This document shows positions 1 to 11,094 of a DNA stretch of 64,000 nucleotides, in pieces. How positions within the stretch are numbered: the stretch's first letter is position 1; each line of letters opens with the position of its first letter. The translations under genes were made by a program, and so were the position numbers. The notes under the pieces were generated by a model. The model was not told where the DNA came from. It ran no database searches and worked only from the letters and a program-made list of their open reading frames with translations. Origin of the DNA: Psammoneis japonica (taxonomy: Eukaryota); contig QPGO01000165.1 of assembly GCA_008632985.1 (NCBI GenBank), positions 62,001 to 126,000 of the forward strand. The letters are read 5' to 3'.

Positions 1-3000
1 TGTTCTCAGCACATTTGGCGAGGACATCCTTGGCGTCGGCATCTGCAACTTGTTTGGTAGAGAACGTGATCGGAGACTCAGGAATGTCAAGACATTCAAC
101 AAATTTGAAGCCCGTTCGCGGCTTGTCGGAGCCAATTTCACCTTGCTCCTTGTCAGCAGATGCCACACCACCCAAGAGAGCACGTTCCATGTCCTTTTCT
201 GTCTCTGGAATGAAGGAATGGAAAATGGGCTCCTTGCCGTTGTTTTTGTCTCCTTCGTAGAATGAGCGCTCATCACAGCATCTGTCCGTCATGAAAACGA
301 TCGGGCCTTTAAAACCGTGCATTTGGTGCCGTCGGTTAAGGCCACACAGGCTGTCCTCCACTTCCAACAGGGTTGTCCCTGTGACAAGTCAGAACAGCAA
401 TGTCTGTCCAAACTCATTCATTGCCGAGCACAGACCAACGAAACCTCTTGCATTCTCAATCAGAACGACCTTTCCAATTTTGATAAAATGGTCCCCGGAC
501 AGGAACAGACCACCATTCATTTTCATTTTGTGGCGACAGCAAGGAATGTTGGATTCAATTTCTGATGTTGTTGCTTCCAACAGACAGGCCAGGGATGGCA
601 CTTGCATTTCCGCACGCTCGTCATCAAAGTCAAAATGTGAAGTTCGATTTTCGATGCGACTCTCTTTCCCAACCGAATTGCAAGCAAAATCAACATGTCC
701 TCGCCACATCTTTGCCTTCATGGCATGTGTTTGCTTGTGTCTCTTGGTCAGTGACTTCACAAACCCAAGCCCACTCATGCCGTGCGATGGCTCGGATCTC
801 ATCTTGTCAATGAGCGTCCATTTGATGGCGCCTTTAGATGCAATTTTGTGTCCATTTTGCCGCCACCAACCTTGAACATGCTTGGGTGATTGTGACAATG
901 CTGCAGAGTCACAGCCATAGAATGTGCAGCTCTCCCTGTCATGTGTGCCGTGATTCTCCTTCTGCATTTGCGTGCACATGTGCCGATGCCCGACAAGAGC
1001 TTCATTTTGATGCTCCCCGTGTGCACGCCTGGCACAATCTGAATGTCCAAGATGACTGACACATTCAGTTTCCCCAGGATGAAAAGGGCAGCAGGGCCTG
1101 CATTCTGGCCAACAAAGTGACCGCCAACAATCCTCTGGCCCAAAAAAATGACAGGCGGCACTGCAAACTCCTCGCGACAGAGCGGCGTGCCATGCTCTTC
1201 TTCCGCATTTTCATGCCCTGAACCAAAAGGAAAGTTGTTCACTGGATCAGAAGACAAATTGACCATTGAAGAGCCAAACATTTGAGGCCAGCTTCCACAT
1301 GGCTCGTGCTTGCCGTTCGGCTTGAACCCAACACACTTCTTGAGATGCTCCGACAACTTGTCGCATGCTTTTGAGGTGCATGAAGTGAAAGAGCCCTTCA
1401 AAGTGCCATCTTCCACAAGGTCATTCTTGTCTTGACGTGAAGCCTTTGATGCTCTGTTGGAAGTGCGAGTTTCTGCTGCCCTCTTTCCACGACGACTCCC
1501 AGCAGCAGCTGCAGTGTTAACCGTGCGATTCTTCTCCTGCTCGGCTGTTTTCTTTGCCGCATTCATCATTCTTGCCACTGCATTTTCTGCCAACCGTTTG
1601 TTCCTTCTCATGGCTTCATTTCTTGCAGAACATGGGTCAACCACTGTGGGATTAGAGCCTTGATTCATGATGCATGCGGCACACTACAAGCATGCGTTTG
1701 ATGTTGTCGCGTTAAAAAAAAAGCCGACACATCAAAAGTTCAGAATGTGGATGGAAAACAAATTCATTTGTGCATTCATTGCCTGCATTTGTCCAACGAC
1801 ATTCAAGCGCAAACTGACAGCAATTCTAATTCACTGTTGACATTTCTGTGTTGCTCTGAATTTGAAATCACACCCCTGTTCATTTGGCTTTTTTTGCGTC
1901 AAAGTGGAAATGACACTTGACGATTTACACCATTCATTTGGCTCACTTTGGCTCGAAGTTGAACAATGCTTTTGGGTCATGGGCTTGTCATTGTTCAGCC
2001 ACGATCATGAAGTCTTTGCCGATTTTTCGAATTTTTGCCGAACTGCATGCAGGAAGTCCGCGATCTTTTTTCTGTGCCGATTTTCCGCCACGTGTCACTC
2101 CCATCAACAAAGGCACCTGTGACAAGGTGATGCTCCAGACTTTGCTGACCTTGTGCAGAGTCAGTCACAGTTCTTCAACCCACAAGCATTGGTGGAGTGA
2201 GTGCCTGCAGTGTCCCCAAGCACGACACACACACATGGCTTTCTCGCAAAAAAGAAACCAGCTCAACGTGGGCCCGCCGCTGCGCGCCACTCTTGCCACC
2301 CTGCTGCAATGGCAAGCCCACATCAGCCATGGGACAGACTCACCTGTGCATTTGTGGGGGGAGAGGGGTGGAGCTGAGCCGACATGCACTGCTCCTCTCT
2401 TTTTGTTCTGCCAGATGTGAGCTTGGGCAAGACTCCTTGCCAAGCACACGCCCTTTGCCTCCAAGAGGCTGCATGGCACAACAGCACTTGCACTCTAATG
2501 GGAAGCAAGCACTGCTTTTTTGTGTGTGTGTGAGAGAGAGAGAGTTCATGGGGCCTCCTGGCGCGTGAGCTGGGGGGGCAAAGGCGGACATTCCTGAGAG
2601 ACAATGGGGGTTTTGAGCTGGGGACACAATTTCCATGTGACATGCGAGTGTGCACAAAATGCCATGCATTCATTGCAGCTCTTTGATTGGGGAGAGGACA
2701 AAGCTTCTTCTTTGTGGTTCGGAGCACTCTCTGTCTCTCCCTCTCTCTCTCCTTTTTCCAGAAACAGAGGCTTTTGCACATTTCCAGCAAAAGGGTGGGC
2801 CGCGCCACTTTCCTTTTTTAATTAACTCACAGGTCTCAAACAGGGAATCAATTGATCACCTGTTGTGTGTTGCAAGCTCAAAAAGAGGGGATGGGCGGAA
2901 CAGACATGCATGCATGTGGGGGGTGCTCACACAATGCAGGTGGGCGATGCATGCACCGCATTTGCTGTTCGGAACTTTCGTCTTTAGGTTGTCGTGCTTT

Positions 3001-3059
3001 CTTGAAATTTCTGTCTCACGGGTTCGCGCTCACGCGCCGCGTCGCGTTCTGCGTTGTGC

Positions 3060-3148
3060 TGTGAGCGGCATTCGCGCGGACTTTTGGGGTGGAACGCACA
3101 ACCACAAAAAATCTGCAGAAAAAGCAAAAACATCCTGTCTTGCTGAGC
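3060..3148 (+). repeat. Left TIR (TA-mutated copy)
   Basis: tgtgagcggcattcgcgcggac...; matches the reverse complement of the right TIR, with TA->TG/CA changes at the tip. Confidence 0.85.
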
Positions 3149-3240
3149 CTCCGCCCGACAGCGACGCCATGATGAAAACTCCACTCTGTGACCCATTCAT
3201 CTTGTTGCAGTTCCTGATTGGACCTCTTTCATTGTTCAAC

Positions 3241-5829
3241 ATGGGAGGGAAAAACTTGTCACCTTGCTTGAGACCTTCAAAAGAGTTCGCACACAGTCTC
3301 AAGAAGCTGCGAGAAAGCTTCTCCGAATCGCAGGCTGCAAATCCTGTTGCTGCAGTCGATGCATCCACGCGGGAAGTCAAGGCACTGAAAACAACAGATG
3401 CTGTTAACGAGTTTCACATGGAGCCTCCTGTTCCAGTTGAGAAGGTTCGTGAGTGCGTCATCGCCCTCATCCAAGCCTTCCTTGCAGCAAAGTTTCAGTT
3501 GATGTTTGCATTTGATGGCAACCGGCATCCAATGAAGGCAAACGAAAGAGCACGGAGACAGAAAAAACTCAATGAAGCCCAGGCAGATTTAGATGGGGTG
3601 CACAAAGGGGAGCTTGTGTTGGCGTGGAAAGAGATCCACAAGCTTTGGAAAGAACTGACGCATCCACGGGAGGACGCACATCACGTTGTGCTTCAAGTTG
3701 CCGAAGAGCACAAGATCCCAGTCGTCGGAGCCCCCTTTGAGGCAGATTAACAGCTGGTCTCCCTTGCAAGGCAAAAGGTTGTAGATTTTGTTGTCACAGA
3801 AGACAGTGACATCCCAACTTGTGGGGCGCTGTCTACGATTTCACGTTTGTCAAAAAATGGAAAGTGTTGTTTGGCGGACCTTCAGGAGACCTTGGAGCGC
3901 AGCCTTCCAAAGAAGTTGGGCATTCGTTCTCGCTCAACTTCAAGTGATCTCCAAGCAATGTCTTGCTTTGGAGGGAATGATTTCATTGACAGCAAGGATG
4001 GTGTCGGACCGAAGTCCGTTGAGAAGATGATGCGTGAATGGGTTAAACTCGATGACCTTGAGAAGCATGAGTTCCTTTGGGAGATCGCTGATGGTGACGA
4101 TGAATTCCATCACAGGTGGATGACGTCAATGACACTTCTGGGACATGGTCCAGCATCTCACATTGTCCCCGATGACAGTCAACGTGATCCACGTTCTGCT
4201 TTGCGGGAGCAAAAGCATTCTCTCAAACTTGCGTGTGTGAATTGCTCTGCTGTTGGTGCCAATTGTTGGGCATGGGGAAATGGCGACAAAGACTTGCCAT
4301 TCATCGGGTTTGACCCCAACGATCAGCTTCAGTCGGGATGGCACGAATCTGCACTTGCCAACAAAGATGCAGATGTCTTGTGCAAAGATCTTTTCATGAT
4401 GAAGAAATGGGCTCGTACGGGTTGCTCTGTGCGGGGCATCGAACGTAAAACAAATGATGAGGGATGCGAGCTGCTTCCTGGAAGCTGTGTCAATTTTCAA
4501 AAACTTCCTGCACACCTTGTTCCAACTGAAGCATTGATGTTTTGGCTCGCAGTGCGTGGAATAAAGAAGTCATGTGATGGCAGAAAAGATGTGGTGAAGG
4601 AGGTGCAGAAGGTGCTCTCGAGGCGGCCAGCACCTCCGCCGCTCCCTGCAATGCTGATGTGAGGTGGTGGAGGACATGTTGCATTCAAAGTTCTTGCTCC
4701 AAAGCGTGGTGCTGATGCCAGTTCTGTGCAATGGGAGACAGGCGATGATGCACTGAAGACCATTTGCAGCTGGATGGTTCCTCAGATTGATGACGCATGC
4801 CATTTGTCTGAGTTCGGCAAATGCAATTCCTCACGCATCCGAGCTCTGAACCATCTGAAAGGCGGCTCCTTGAATTTGTTGTCACTGAAGTGCACTCGAG
4901 AGCTTGGAGATAACCTTGGTCAAGAGAAGGAACTCCTTGTGATCCATGCGGTTTGCGCACCATCCGTTAAAACTTCGAAGAGCCAAAATCTCATGCACGC
5001 AGTCCGCCTTGTCATCACACTGGATGAGAAAAACAGAACTTCGAAATTGCTTCCATTTCCATGCAGCAATTGTGGCTGCCCCAATGGAGCGGGACCATGT
5101 GCCCACAGGGGCTGCTTCACACTCCTGCTGCATGTCATTCAAACCAAGTCGGCAGAGTGGGATTGTGACAAGATTAAGGACATGCTCCCAAGCCCGATTA
5201 AGTCAGTCCAAGATCTCCTGATTCCTGTCTCTTTTGCATGCCCAAGGAGAGCCAGTGTTGGTGCCGAGGTGGATCGCTCCGAGCGTGCCGAGCTGAAAAA
5301 CTACAAGGCAGAGAAGCGTCATGCAAGCGGCGAGAATCCACCAGAATCAGAAGAAGACGAGCTTGCAGTTCCAGTCAACAATTTTGACATGTCCACGAGT
5401 GATGCGGAAAGCAACGATGAAGGTCAAGAAGAATCAAAAGAGGAAGATGTGGAGGAGGAAGATTGGAAAAATGATGCACCACATGATGCACTCCCTGGCA
5501 GCGCACCAGATGCATCTTTGAAGCCACCAATTAAGGTTTGCGATGAAGTCGACATGTGGCCAGCAGAGCTTCAGCTTCATTTTGACAAAACCGGCTGTTC
5601 CACTCGACACAAAGAAAATCAAATCGTGGATGAAGCATCGAAACGAGCAAGACAAAATGATGACGAAGCATTTGAGAAACGTCAGCTGTTGCGTTTGCAA
5701 CGATTCCATGGCATCGTTAAGAAGGGTGAGTTTTGACCGAGCATGTTGAGTCTCTTCTGTAAGCTGCAGCTCCCTGAGATCGAGGCGAAACTTGAAGAGT
5801 TGGAAAATGCAGATGCTGGCAGTTTGTGA
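3241..5829 (+). pseudogene. XPG/FEN1/Exo1-family nuclease fused to SAP-like and SWIM zinc-finger domains (TE accessory ORF; stops and frameshifts)
   Basis: XPG-type motifs: MGGKNL start, AVDAS, FAFDG, APFEAD*QL and H3TH-like GGNDF..DGVGPKS. SAP-like LMFWLAVRGI..K (~4530-4620). SWIM-like CGCPNGAGPCAH (~5070-5106). Confidence 0.8.
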
Positions 5830-5903
5830 AAACGCAAATGACCAGAGCGGAGAGGCGAAAAACACGAGAAGAAGACAAAAAAATAGCAGCACTGTTCCAA
5901 CAT

Positions 5904-6690
5904 TTATTTGGACTTGAAGTCAAACTTAAAGCAGTCGCAGTGCTTTGCAGGCACCTGGAGAGGACGACACAGATTTGCGCGGCCATGACCCCATGCAACG
6001 AGGTCTTCAAAGCATGCAAACTTTTCATGCTTGATCAATCCGTACAGCATCCTGCGGGTTGTCACACGTGAGCACACAGTTTCACATGTGTGTCATAGCT
6101 GACATGCCTTTGCATTCCATTGAATCTGTTTGGGACTGAATTGAACACATCCACAGAGGAATGCAGGGGTCAACATTGTGTTGTGGTTCGGGCAGCTTCC
6201 TGAGGTCCCTGCAAATCCCTTGTCAGCCAAGATGAGCGTCTCAATTGGTGTGTTTCCTAGATGGTGTCTACCCCACAGTTCGACAAGGGCCTTCTCACTC
6301 CCTTTTGCTAAGAGTGGGCAGGTGCACTCAAAAACCAGCCCCATCGGTGTGCTCCATGTGATGACTCGAAATGCGGAGTGCTCAACCTTAGAGCTGCACC
6401 CTGCAGAGCTTGCAACCTTGTCCTTCCCATCTGTTTTGGTGGTAAAATCCTTGCCGTCAGCCACTGCAGCCACATTCTTGAGCCCCAGTCGTTTGTGCGA
6501 TGCTGGTTCTGTCTCGGATGAGAACTCCTCGCGCGCGCGAGCTCTTGGAACGCCTTCGTGAGCTCGGTGCACTCTTTTGAGCCGCAGATGCAGTTATACT
6601 GTTGCTTCTTTTTCCCAGGAGTAAATGGGAATCGTATGGAATACGATGGAAACGACATGGTGCCGTGACGGCATCTCTCGTTGCCGACAT
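5904..6690 (-). pseudogene. Harbinger/ISL2EU-type DDE transposase, internally deleted
   Basis: DGKDF...SSKVEHSAFRVITWSTPMGLVFE...SEKALV...ILADKGF...CQL*HTCETV.SRV...ANL.RPL. An N-terminal Cys segment (YNCICGSKEC) is joined directly to the DDE core at ~6530, implying a deletion. Confidence 0.75.
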
Positions 6691-6716
6691 GAGGGCGTCA
6701 TGGTTAGCGCAACGGA

Positions 6717-6805
6717 GCTCAGCAAAACAGATGTTTTTGCTTTGGCTGCAGATTTTCTTGCGGTTGCGCGTTCCACCCCAAAAGTCCGCGCGAATACCGC
6801 TTATA
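6717..6805 (-). repeat. Right TIR (unmutated copy), ending 41 bp upstream of the MRS2 ATG
   Basis: ...ccccaaaagtccgcgcgaataccgcttata retains its TA dinucleotides. Confidence 0.85.
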
Positions 6806-6846
6806 TTATTTTTTTGTTCTCATTCATTCTCAATTCGTTCTCGACC

Positions 6847-8430
6847 ATGGCGCTCCGACAAAGCGCCCGCCTCGGAACTAGGTTTCACAGTCGTCTATTA
6901 GCTACTTCCTTAGATTCATTGAGTCTCCCATACAGAGATTCAAGGAAAACACGAGAGAATCGGAAGAACTATCTGTTTTCCAGTAGCGACGGCACCTTTC
7001 GTACTTTTGCCTCGTTCGCCTTTCCTCGAAACGGTGCGAAACAAAACTCCAAAGAGAAGAAAAATGAGGATCCTTACAAGAACGAAATGTCTTGGTTTAA
7101 TGTTTCCAAAGTGACGGTCGACGGCGACGTCTCGTTCATGTGTTCTCGGGCTTCGGAACTTTTGCGTGAGGCTGGGTCGTCGATTTATGCACGTGACTTG
7201 TACTCGTTGGCATTGACGACGCGGCGACAAGACGGATTTTCTTCTTCGCGTGGCTCGTTTCGTCGCCGCCCTTTGTTTGCAATATTACCTCGAGGAAGTG
7301 AAATTCTAATCAGTTTTGGATACATTCGCGCAGTCATTGGAACAGAATCCGCCATGCTGTTTGATGCACAACACCACACGGTCAAGCAGTTTGTAACGGA
7401 CATTGCGCAAACGGTCGTTTCAACGCACAAGGAAGACGATGTCTCGGCAGTTGGATTGGATCTTTCAGAGGATTTTTCAGAGGAAGAAAAGCCCCCCTTT
7501 GAGCTGGTCTTTATTGAAGAAGTTCTTCGTGGGACCTGCGATGCGTACAACCGCCGGATACATCTCTATCAACCGATTGTCGATAGCATGCTGAATCGAG
7601 TTTCGAACGAGGTGTTCTCCGATGCAGGAGTTCATCAGCTTGTCCCAGTCAAAGATTCACTACAAAAGTTTGAAATGCAAGTCAAGCAGGGGTTGGACTG
7701 TTTGAGAGATTTGCTAGAAAGTGACGAAGACATGCTCAAGCTGCTGCTCCAAGAACAACAGGTGGCAAAGGAGAGGGGAGAGACTGTCAGACATGAACGC
7801 CATCAAGGAGTGGAGCTCATGTTGGAAGATTACCTAAGGCAACTCAGCAACATTCTATTTGAAATCCAGTATCTTTTGCAGCGACTACAGAGCAAGCAGG
7901 AGTTTGTCTCGCTTGCTCTGGATGGATATCGAAATCGGCTCATTCGGATGAATGCCTATCTGGGAATTTTCGGTCTCGGTATTGGCGTCGGCACAACCGT
8001 TGCGGGTTTCTTTGGAATGAACGTGATTTCTGGCTACGAACAGTCCACTACCGCTTTTAACAGTGTTGTCATGGGAACGAGCATTGTAGCTGTTGTCATC
8101 TTGATGGTTTGCTCTAATTACATTAGTGGAACAGGAATGAAGCAGCGTGCTGCGGAGCGGCTTGACAAGCTTGACACGATTAGTTCTGCACTGAGTGACA
8201 TGAGTGCTCTTGATTACGTGGTTAAGGAAATGATGGAACAACAGTCAGGTCTCACGAAGGAGGAATTTCGAGAGAAGCTTCAGGCGGTACGGTCTAGACC
8301 AGTGACGGACAAGGAGGTTGAACTGTTGTTTCATTCACTCGACGTCAGCGGGGATGGAGTCTTGTTCTCCGAAGACTTACAACCTTTCAAAAAGTTAATC
8401 AAGAGTCAGAGAGATGAGGCGGGATTTTGA
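6847..8430 (+). CDS. MRS2: MRS2/CorA-family magnesium transporter, probably mitochondrial, with C-terminal EF-hand-like loop
   Basis: Intact ORF with normal Tyr/TA content. MRS2 motifs: ARDL, PFELVFIE, VELMLEDY, LDGYRNRLI, and a GMN signature (FFGMNV) between two hydrophobic helices. Arg/Ser/Leu-rich N-terminus from ATG 6847; DVSGDGVLFSEDL near the C-terminus. Confidence 0.92.
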   Translation: MALRQSARLGTRFHSRLLATSLDSLSLPYRDSRKTRENRKNYLFSSSDGTFRTFASFAFPRNGAKQNSKEKKNEDPYKNEMSWFNVSKVTVDGDVSFMCSRASELLREAGSSIYARDLYSLALTTRRQDGFSSSRGSFRRRPLFAILPRGSEILISFGYIRAVIGTESAMLFDAQHHTVKQFVTDIAQTVVSTHKEDDVSAVGLDLSEDFSEEEKPPFELVFIEEVLRGTCDAYNRRIHLYQPIVDSMLNRVSNEVFSDAGVHQLVPVKDSLQKFEMQVKQGLDCLRDLLESDEDMLKLLLQEQQVAKERGETVRHERHQGVELMLEDYLRQLSNILFEIQYLLQRLQSKQEFVSLALDGYRNRLIRMNAYLGIFGLGIGVGTTVAGFFGMNVISGYEQSTTAFNSVVMGTSIVAVVILMVCSNYISGTGMKQRAAERLDKLDTISSALSDMSALDYVVKEMMEQQSGLTKEEFREKLQAVRSRPVTDKEVELLFHSLDVSGDGVLFSEDLQPFKKLIKSQRDEAGF

Positions 8431-8690
8431 TGTAGCTGCTGACCCTGTTTCGTCAAGCCGAGAAACTAATCCGTGACAAATTTCGGCGGAAAATGTTATT
8501 ATGCTATCTACCACCGAATACCGTACGGGGTGGGAATTTTCGTGTTCTGAATACATTGTTGATTTTTCAAGCTGCTTCCTAACTTGATTCTGGGCGAAAG
8601 CTCCACGGACAGTCAACGGGCATGGTCAAACATTTACAGTGCTCGGCGGTAAATTTTAATTGTCACCATTAGAAGGTTTAATACTCCGAG

Positions 8691-8975
8691 TAGTTTTTTC
8701 TTCAGAGTTGCAAGAATGCAGTGTAGAGTGAAATGGTCACTTACCCGTAGAAACGAACATTTGAACTTTTGGAAAGGAAACGACTCATAAGCTTCAACAG
8801 TTCGGCAAGGAGTGAAGTACAAAAAGGGGGTTAATAGTTTTTCAGCAGAGTTTCGAGAATGCAGTAGAGTGAAATGATCACTTACCCGTAGGAACGAACA
8901 TTTGAACTTTTGGAAAGGAAACTATTCATAAGCTTCAACAGTTCGGCAAGGAGTGAAGTGCAAAAAGGGGGGTTA
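8691..8975 (+). repeat. Tandem duplication, 2 x ~143 bp
   Basis: Two near-identical copies of ...gagtgaaatg.tcacttacccgtag.aacgaacatttgaacttttggaaaggaaa...gcttcaacagttcggcaaggagtgaagt.caaaaaggggg. Confidence 0.9.
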
Positions 8976-9639
8976 TTCCGCTCGCCCGCTGAGCTACAGG
9001 CTGCTTGGTTGGATGCGAACCAACGACTTGATCCTTCGATGGAGATATTGAATTGAATTTCAAATTGCTGTTTGTATGATTGTGATAATACTTCTAGCTA
9101 CTAGAGGCAGATTGGGAGAAGACTCCAGCCAGCTGTTGGCTGAAAAAAGTCTGCTCGTCAGTGCGTTTGGGGGTTTTGCCAGTAGAATTTTTCCGTTGAG
9201 ATTCTCTGTTTAAAAATTGTCAGTAGACGTAAAAAATGGCGTGAGTCAGCATGAGCCCGCCAGTTCATTTTCTCAAGACTAAGATTGTTCTCTACGTCAT
9301 GCTTAAGGATAAAATTTTACACACCATATTCAGCATGATGAAATTTAATTTACTCCATAGTAAAGAAATTTTGTCATCCAATGCTGCATGCTTTCTGTAC
9401 AGTAAAATGAGCGAGGAAAAATCATCATGTCTGAACTTGGTCCAGAACGTTATTTTTTCCGTTGAAATTCTCTATTTAAAAATTTTAAATAGACAAAAAA
9501 TGGCGGGATTTTGGCGGAGTGAACAGACCCAAACCCGTTCGCGCGCCTCATGTTTTTAGTAGACCATATAAAATGCATGTGTTGCTGGAGAAGTGATTCT
9601 CATTTCTATTATTGTCATTATCCTTCAGCCACTTTCATC

Positions 9640-10950
9640 ATGGCTCACCGTCGCTACAATGATGCCGCCAAGCAAGACGACTCGACGTTGGCCTTTGATT
9701 TGTTGGCGCATGCAAATAGCAGCCAAATGTCCGATGTCTTTCTCGTGTCGAGCGACGGGGATCAAGTTCCCGCGTCGCGCTTTGTGCTAGGGGCTCGATC
9801 GCCCGTGTTGCAGCAGCTCCTGTGTTCGAATCCGAAAATCAAACTGCCCTACAGCGGCTGTGTGGTGCGCGCCATGGTGGAATTCTGTGGAACCAACGAC
9901 ATTGTCGATTTTGTGCGTACAGCGACCCGCGATATGGATTCAGTACGGGAAGTAGTGCACTTGTACGATTGCGCACGTGCCTATTCGCTTAGAAAACTGC
10001 AAGAATTGGCCTGTGACATGGTCACAATGGTCCTTTGGGATGAGGGTAGCAACACGAAGCTTTGTTGGGCGTGTGCCATTTTGGATGAGGTTGTAGCGAA
10101 CGGCAAAGACGAAACCATGACTATGCGGCGCCTCGTATTGGATGCCATTCGATCGGATCCAGAATGTGCCTTGCTGCGTCAGACACAAGATTTTCAACCC
10201 CCGGGTGTATTGTGCCTGGACTCGACATCGCTAGAGCTCGTTGTGTCGGACAAGCTCATGAATTGCGAGGAAGTCACCTTGTTTAAAGCGATTCAAAGCT
10301 GGTCCAACCGTTCCCAGTCTTCGACTGGCCATCGATATGCTCCGAAAGACAAGAAGCGACAAGCCTCTGCCAAAGCTTTAATGGCAACGGCTATTGACTT
10401 GTCTCGTATCGCGCCGTCGGACCTTTGTGGGCTTGTAACTCAATCCGGCCTAGTCCCTCAAGCGGCAATCTGGGACGCACTCAAGGAAACAGCCCTTCGG
10501 ACGGAGCGCAATCAAGAAGTTCCCACCTCAAGGTTCCGCAACGACGACGCACCAGCAACGCGGGTCCTTCTGCTGGCGCACGAATCCAAACGACTTGAGG
10601 AAGAACTTACAGGAAAAGCATACAGCACACCTCAAAGACGCCCCCACAAGGGATCTAAACCAAGTCCTAGGGACGTTTTCAATCCGTTCGACGATTCCTC
10701 CATTGTGGCAACCGAAGTCACGCCTTCGCCTAGACGCCGCCGTCGCCACTCCAGCAAATCGCCAAAAACATCGACTGAAGAGGCGCCGAAGACGGATGAT
10801 GCCTTAATCGTTGAGGATGGCTCGCGCAGCAAGTCGGATAGCGCTGCTCAAGAATCGCCCGAAAAAGTAAAGGGCAAGCTCATCACCTTGGCGGAGCAAC
10901 TCGACGCCCTTTGTGTGTGTGGATCGGAGCCACACAGGATCGACCAGTGA
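9640..10950 (+). CDS. BTB/POZ + BACK domain protein
   Basis: BTB-like SDVFLVSSDGDQVPASRFVLGARSPVLQQLL, BACK-like EEVTLFKAIQSW and IDLSRIAPSDL, then a low-complexity tail. Intact, normal TA content. The start at 9640 is inferred. Confidence 0.85.
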   Translation: MAHRRYNDAAKQDDSTLAFDLLAHANSSQMSDVFLVSSDGDQVPASRFVLGARSPVLQQLLCSNPKIKLPYSGCVVRAMVEFCGTNDIVDFVRTATRDMDSVREVVHLYDCARAYSLRKLQELACDMVTMVLWDEGSNTKLCWACAILDEVVANGKDETMTMRRLVLDAIRSDPECALLRQTQDFQPPGVLCLDSTSLELVVSDKLMNCEEVTLFKAIQSWSNRSQSSTGHRYAPKDKKRQASAKALMATAIDLSRIAPSDLCGLVTQSGLVPQAAIWDALKETALRTERNQEVPTSRFRNDDAPATRVLLLAHESKRLEEELTGKAYSTPQRRPHKGSKPSPRDVFNPFDDSSIVATEVTPSPRRRRRHSSKSPKTSTEEAPKTDDALIVEDGSRSKSDSAAQESPEKVKGKLITLAEQLDALCVCGSEPHRIDQ

Positions 10951-11070
10951 AGACGCGCGAGTTCTACTTGTCGTTGGGCAGAGTGACTGTCGGTCTGGAT
11001 TTTCTTTGGTTTACAGTTCTTCTTGCACCGCATGTGCCAAGTCACTAACTTCTCGTGAGACGGTTGGGGT

Positions 11071-11094
11071 TCTCTCTCTCTCTCTCTCTCTCTC
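11071..11094. repeat. (TC)12 microsatellite
   Basis: Seen directly in the sequence. Confidence 0.9.

Larger units (their letters stand above)
1..6590. other. TpA-depleted (TA->TG/CA hypermutated) domain 1
   Basis: TA is very rare and TG/CA abundant; ORFs in all six frames are almost Tyr-free and Cys/His-rich. TA returns abruptly at ~6591 (cagttatact). Confidence 0.9.
3060..6805. mobile_element. ISL2EU/PIF-Harbinger-like DNA transposon with ~90-bp TIRs and two convergent ORFs (XPG-nuclease/SWIM and DDE transposase), decayed
   Basis: 3060-3148 is the reverse complement of 6717-6805 (shared core ttcgcgcggacttttggggtggaacgc...aaatctgcag..aaagcaaaaacatc). The internal DDE motifs are DGKDF and ILADKGF. 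The TSD is ambiguous (AT, TA or TATA). Confidence 0.85.

Noticed and set aside
1..1668. Long decayed minus-strand coding remnant (ORFs 799-1668 and 389-979)
   Set aside because: Looks formerly coding but no family could be recognised; not called.
6625..6846. 74-aa N-terminal extension of the MRS2 ORF
   Set aside because: It runs through the transposon TIR; ATG 6847 gives a plausible targeting peptide.
9185..9510. ~55-bp imperfect direct repeats (~9188 and ~9455) with an internal weak inverted repeat
   Set aside because: Too degenerate and no TSD; cannot be called a MITE or a regulatory element.
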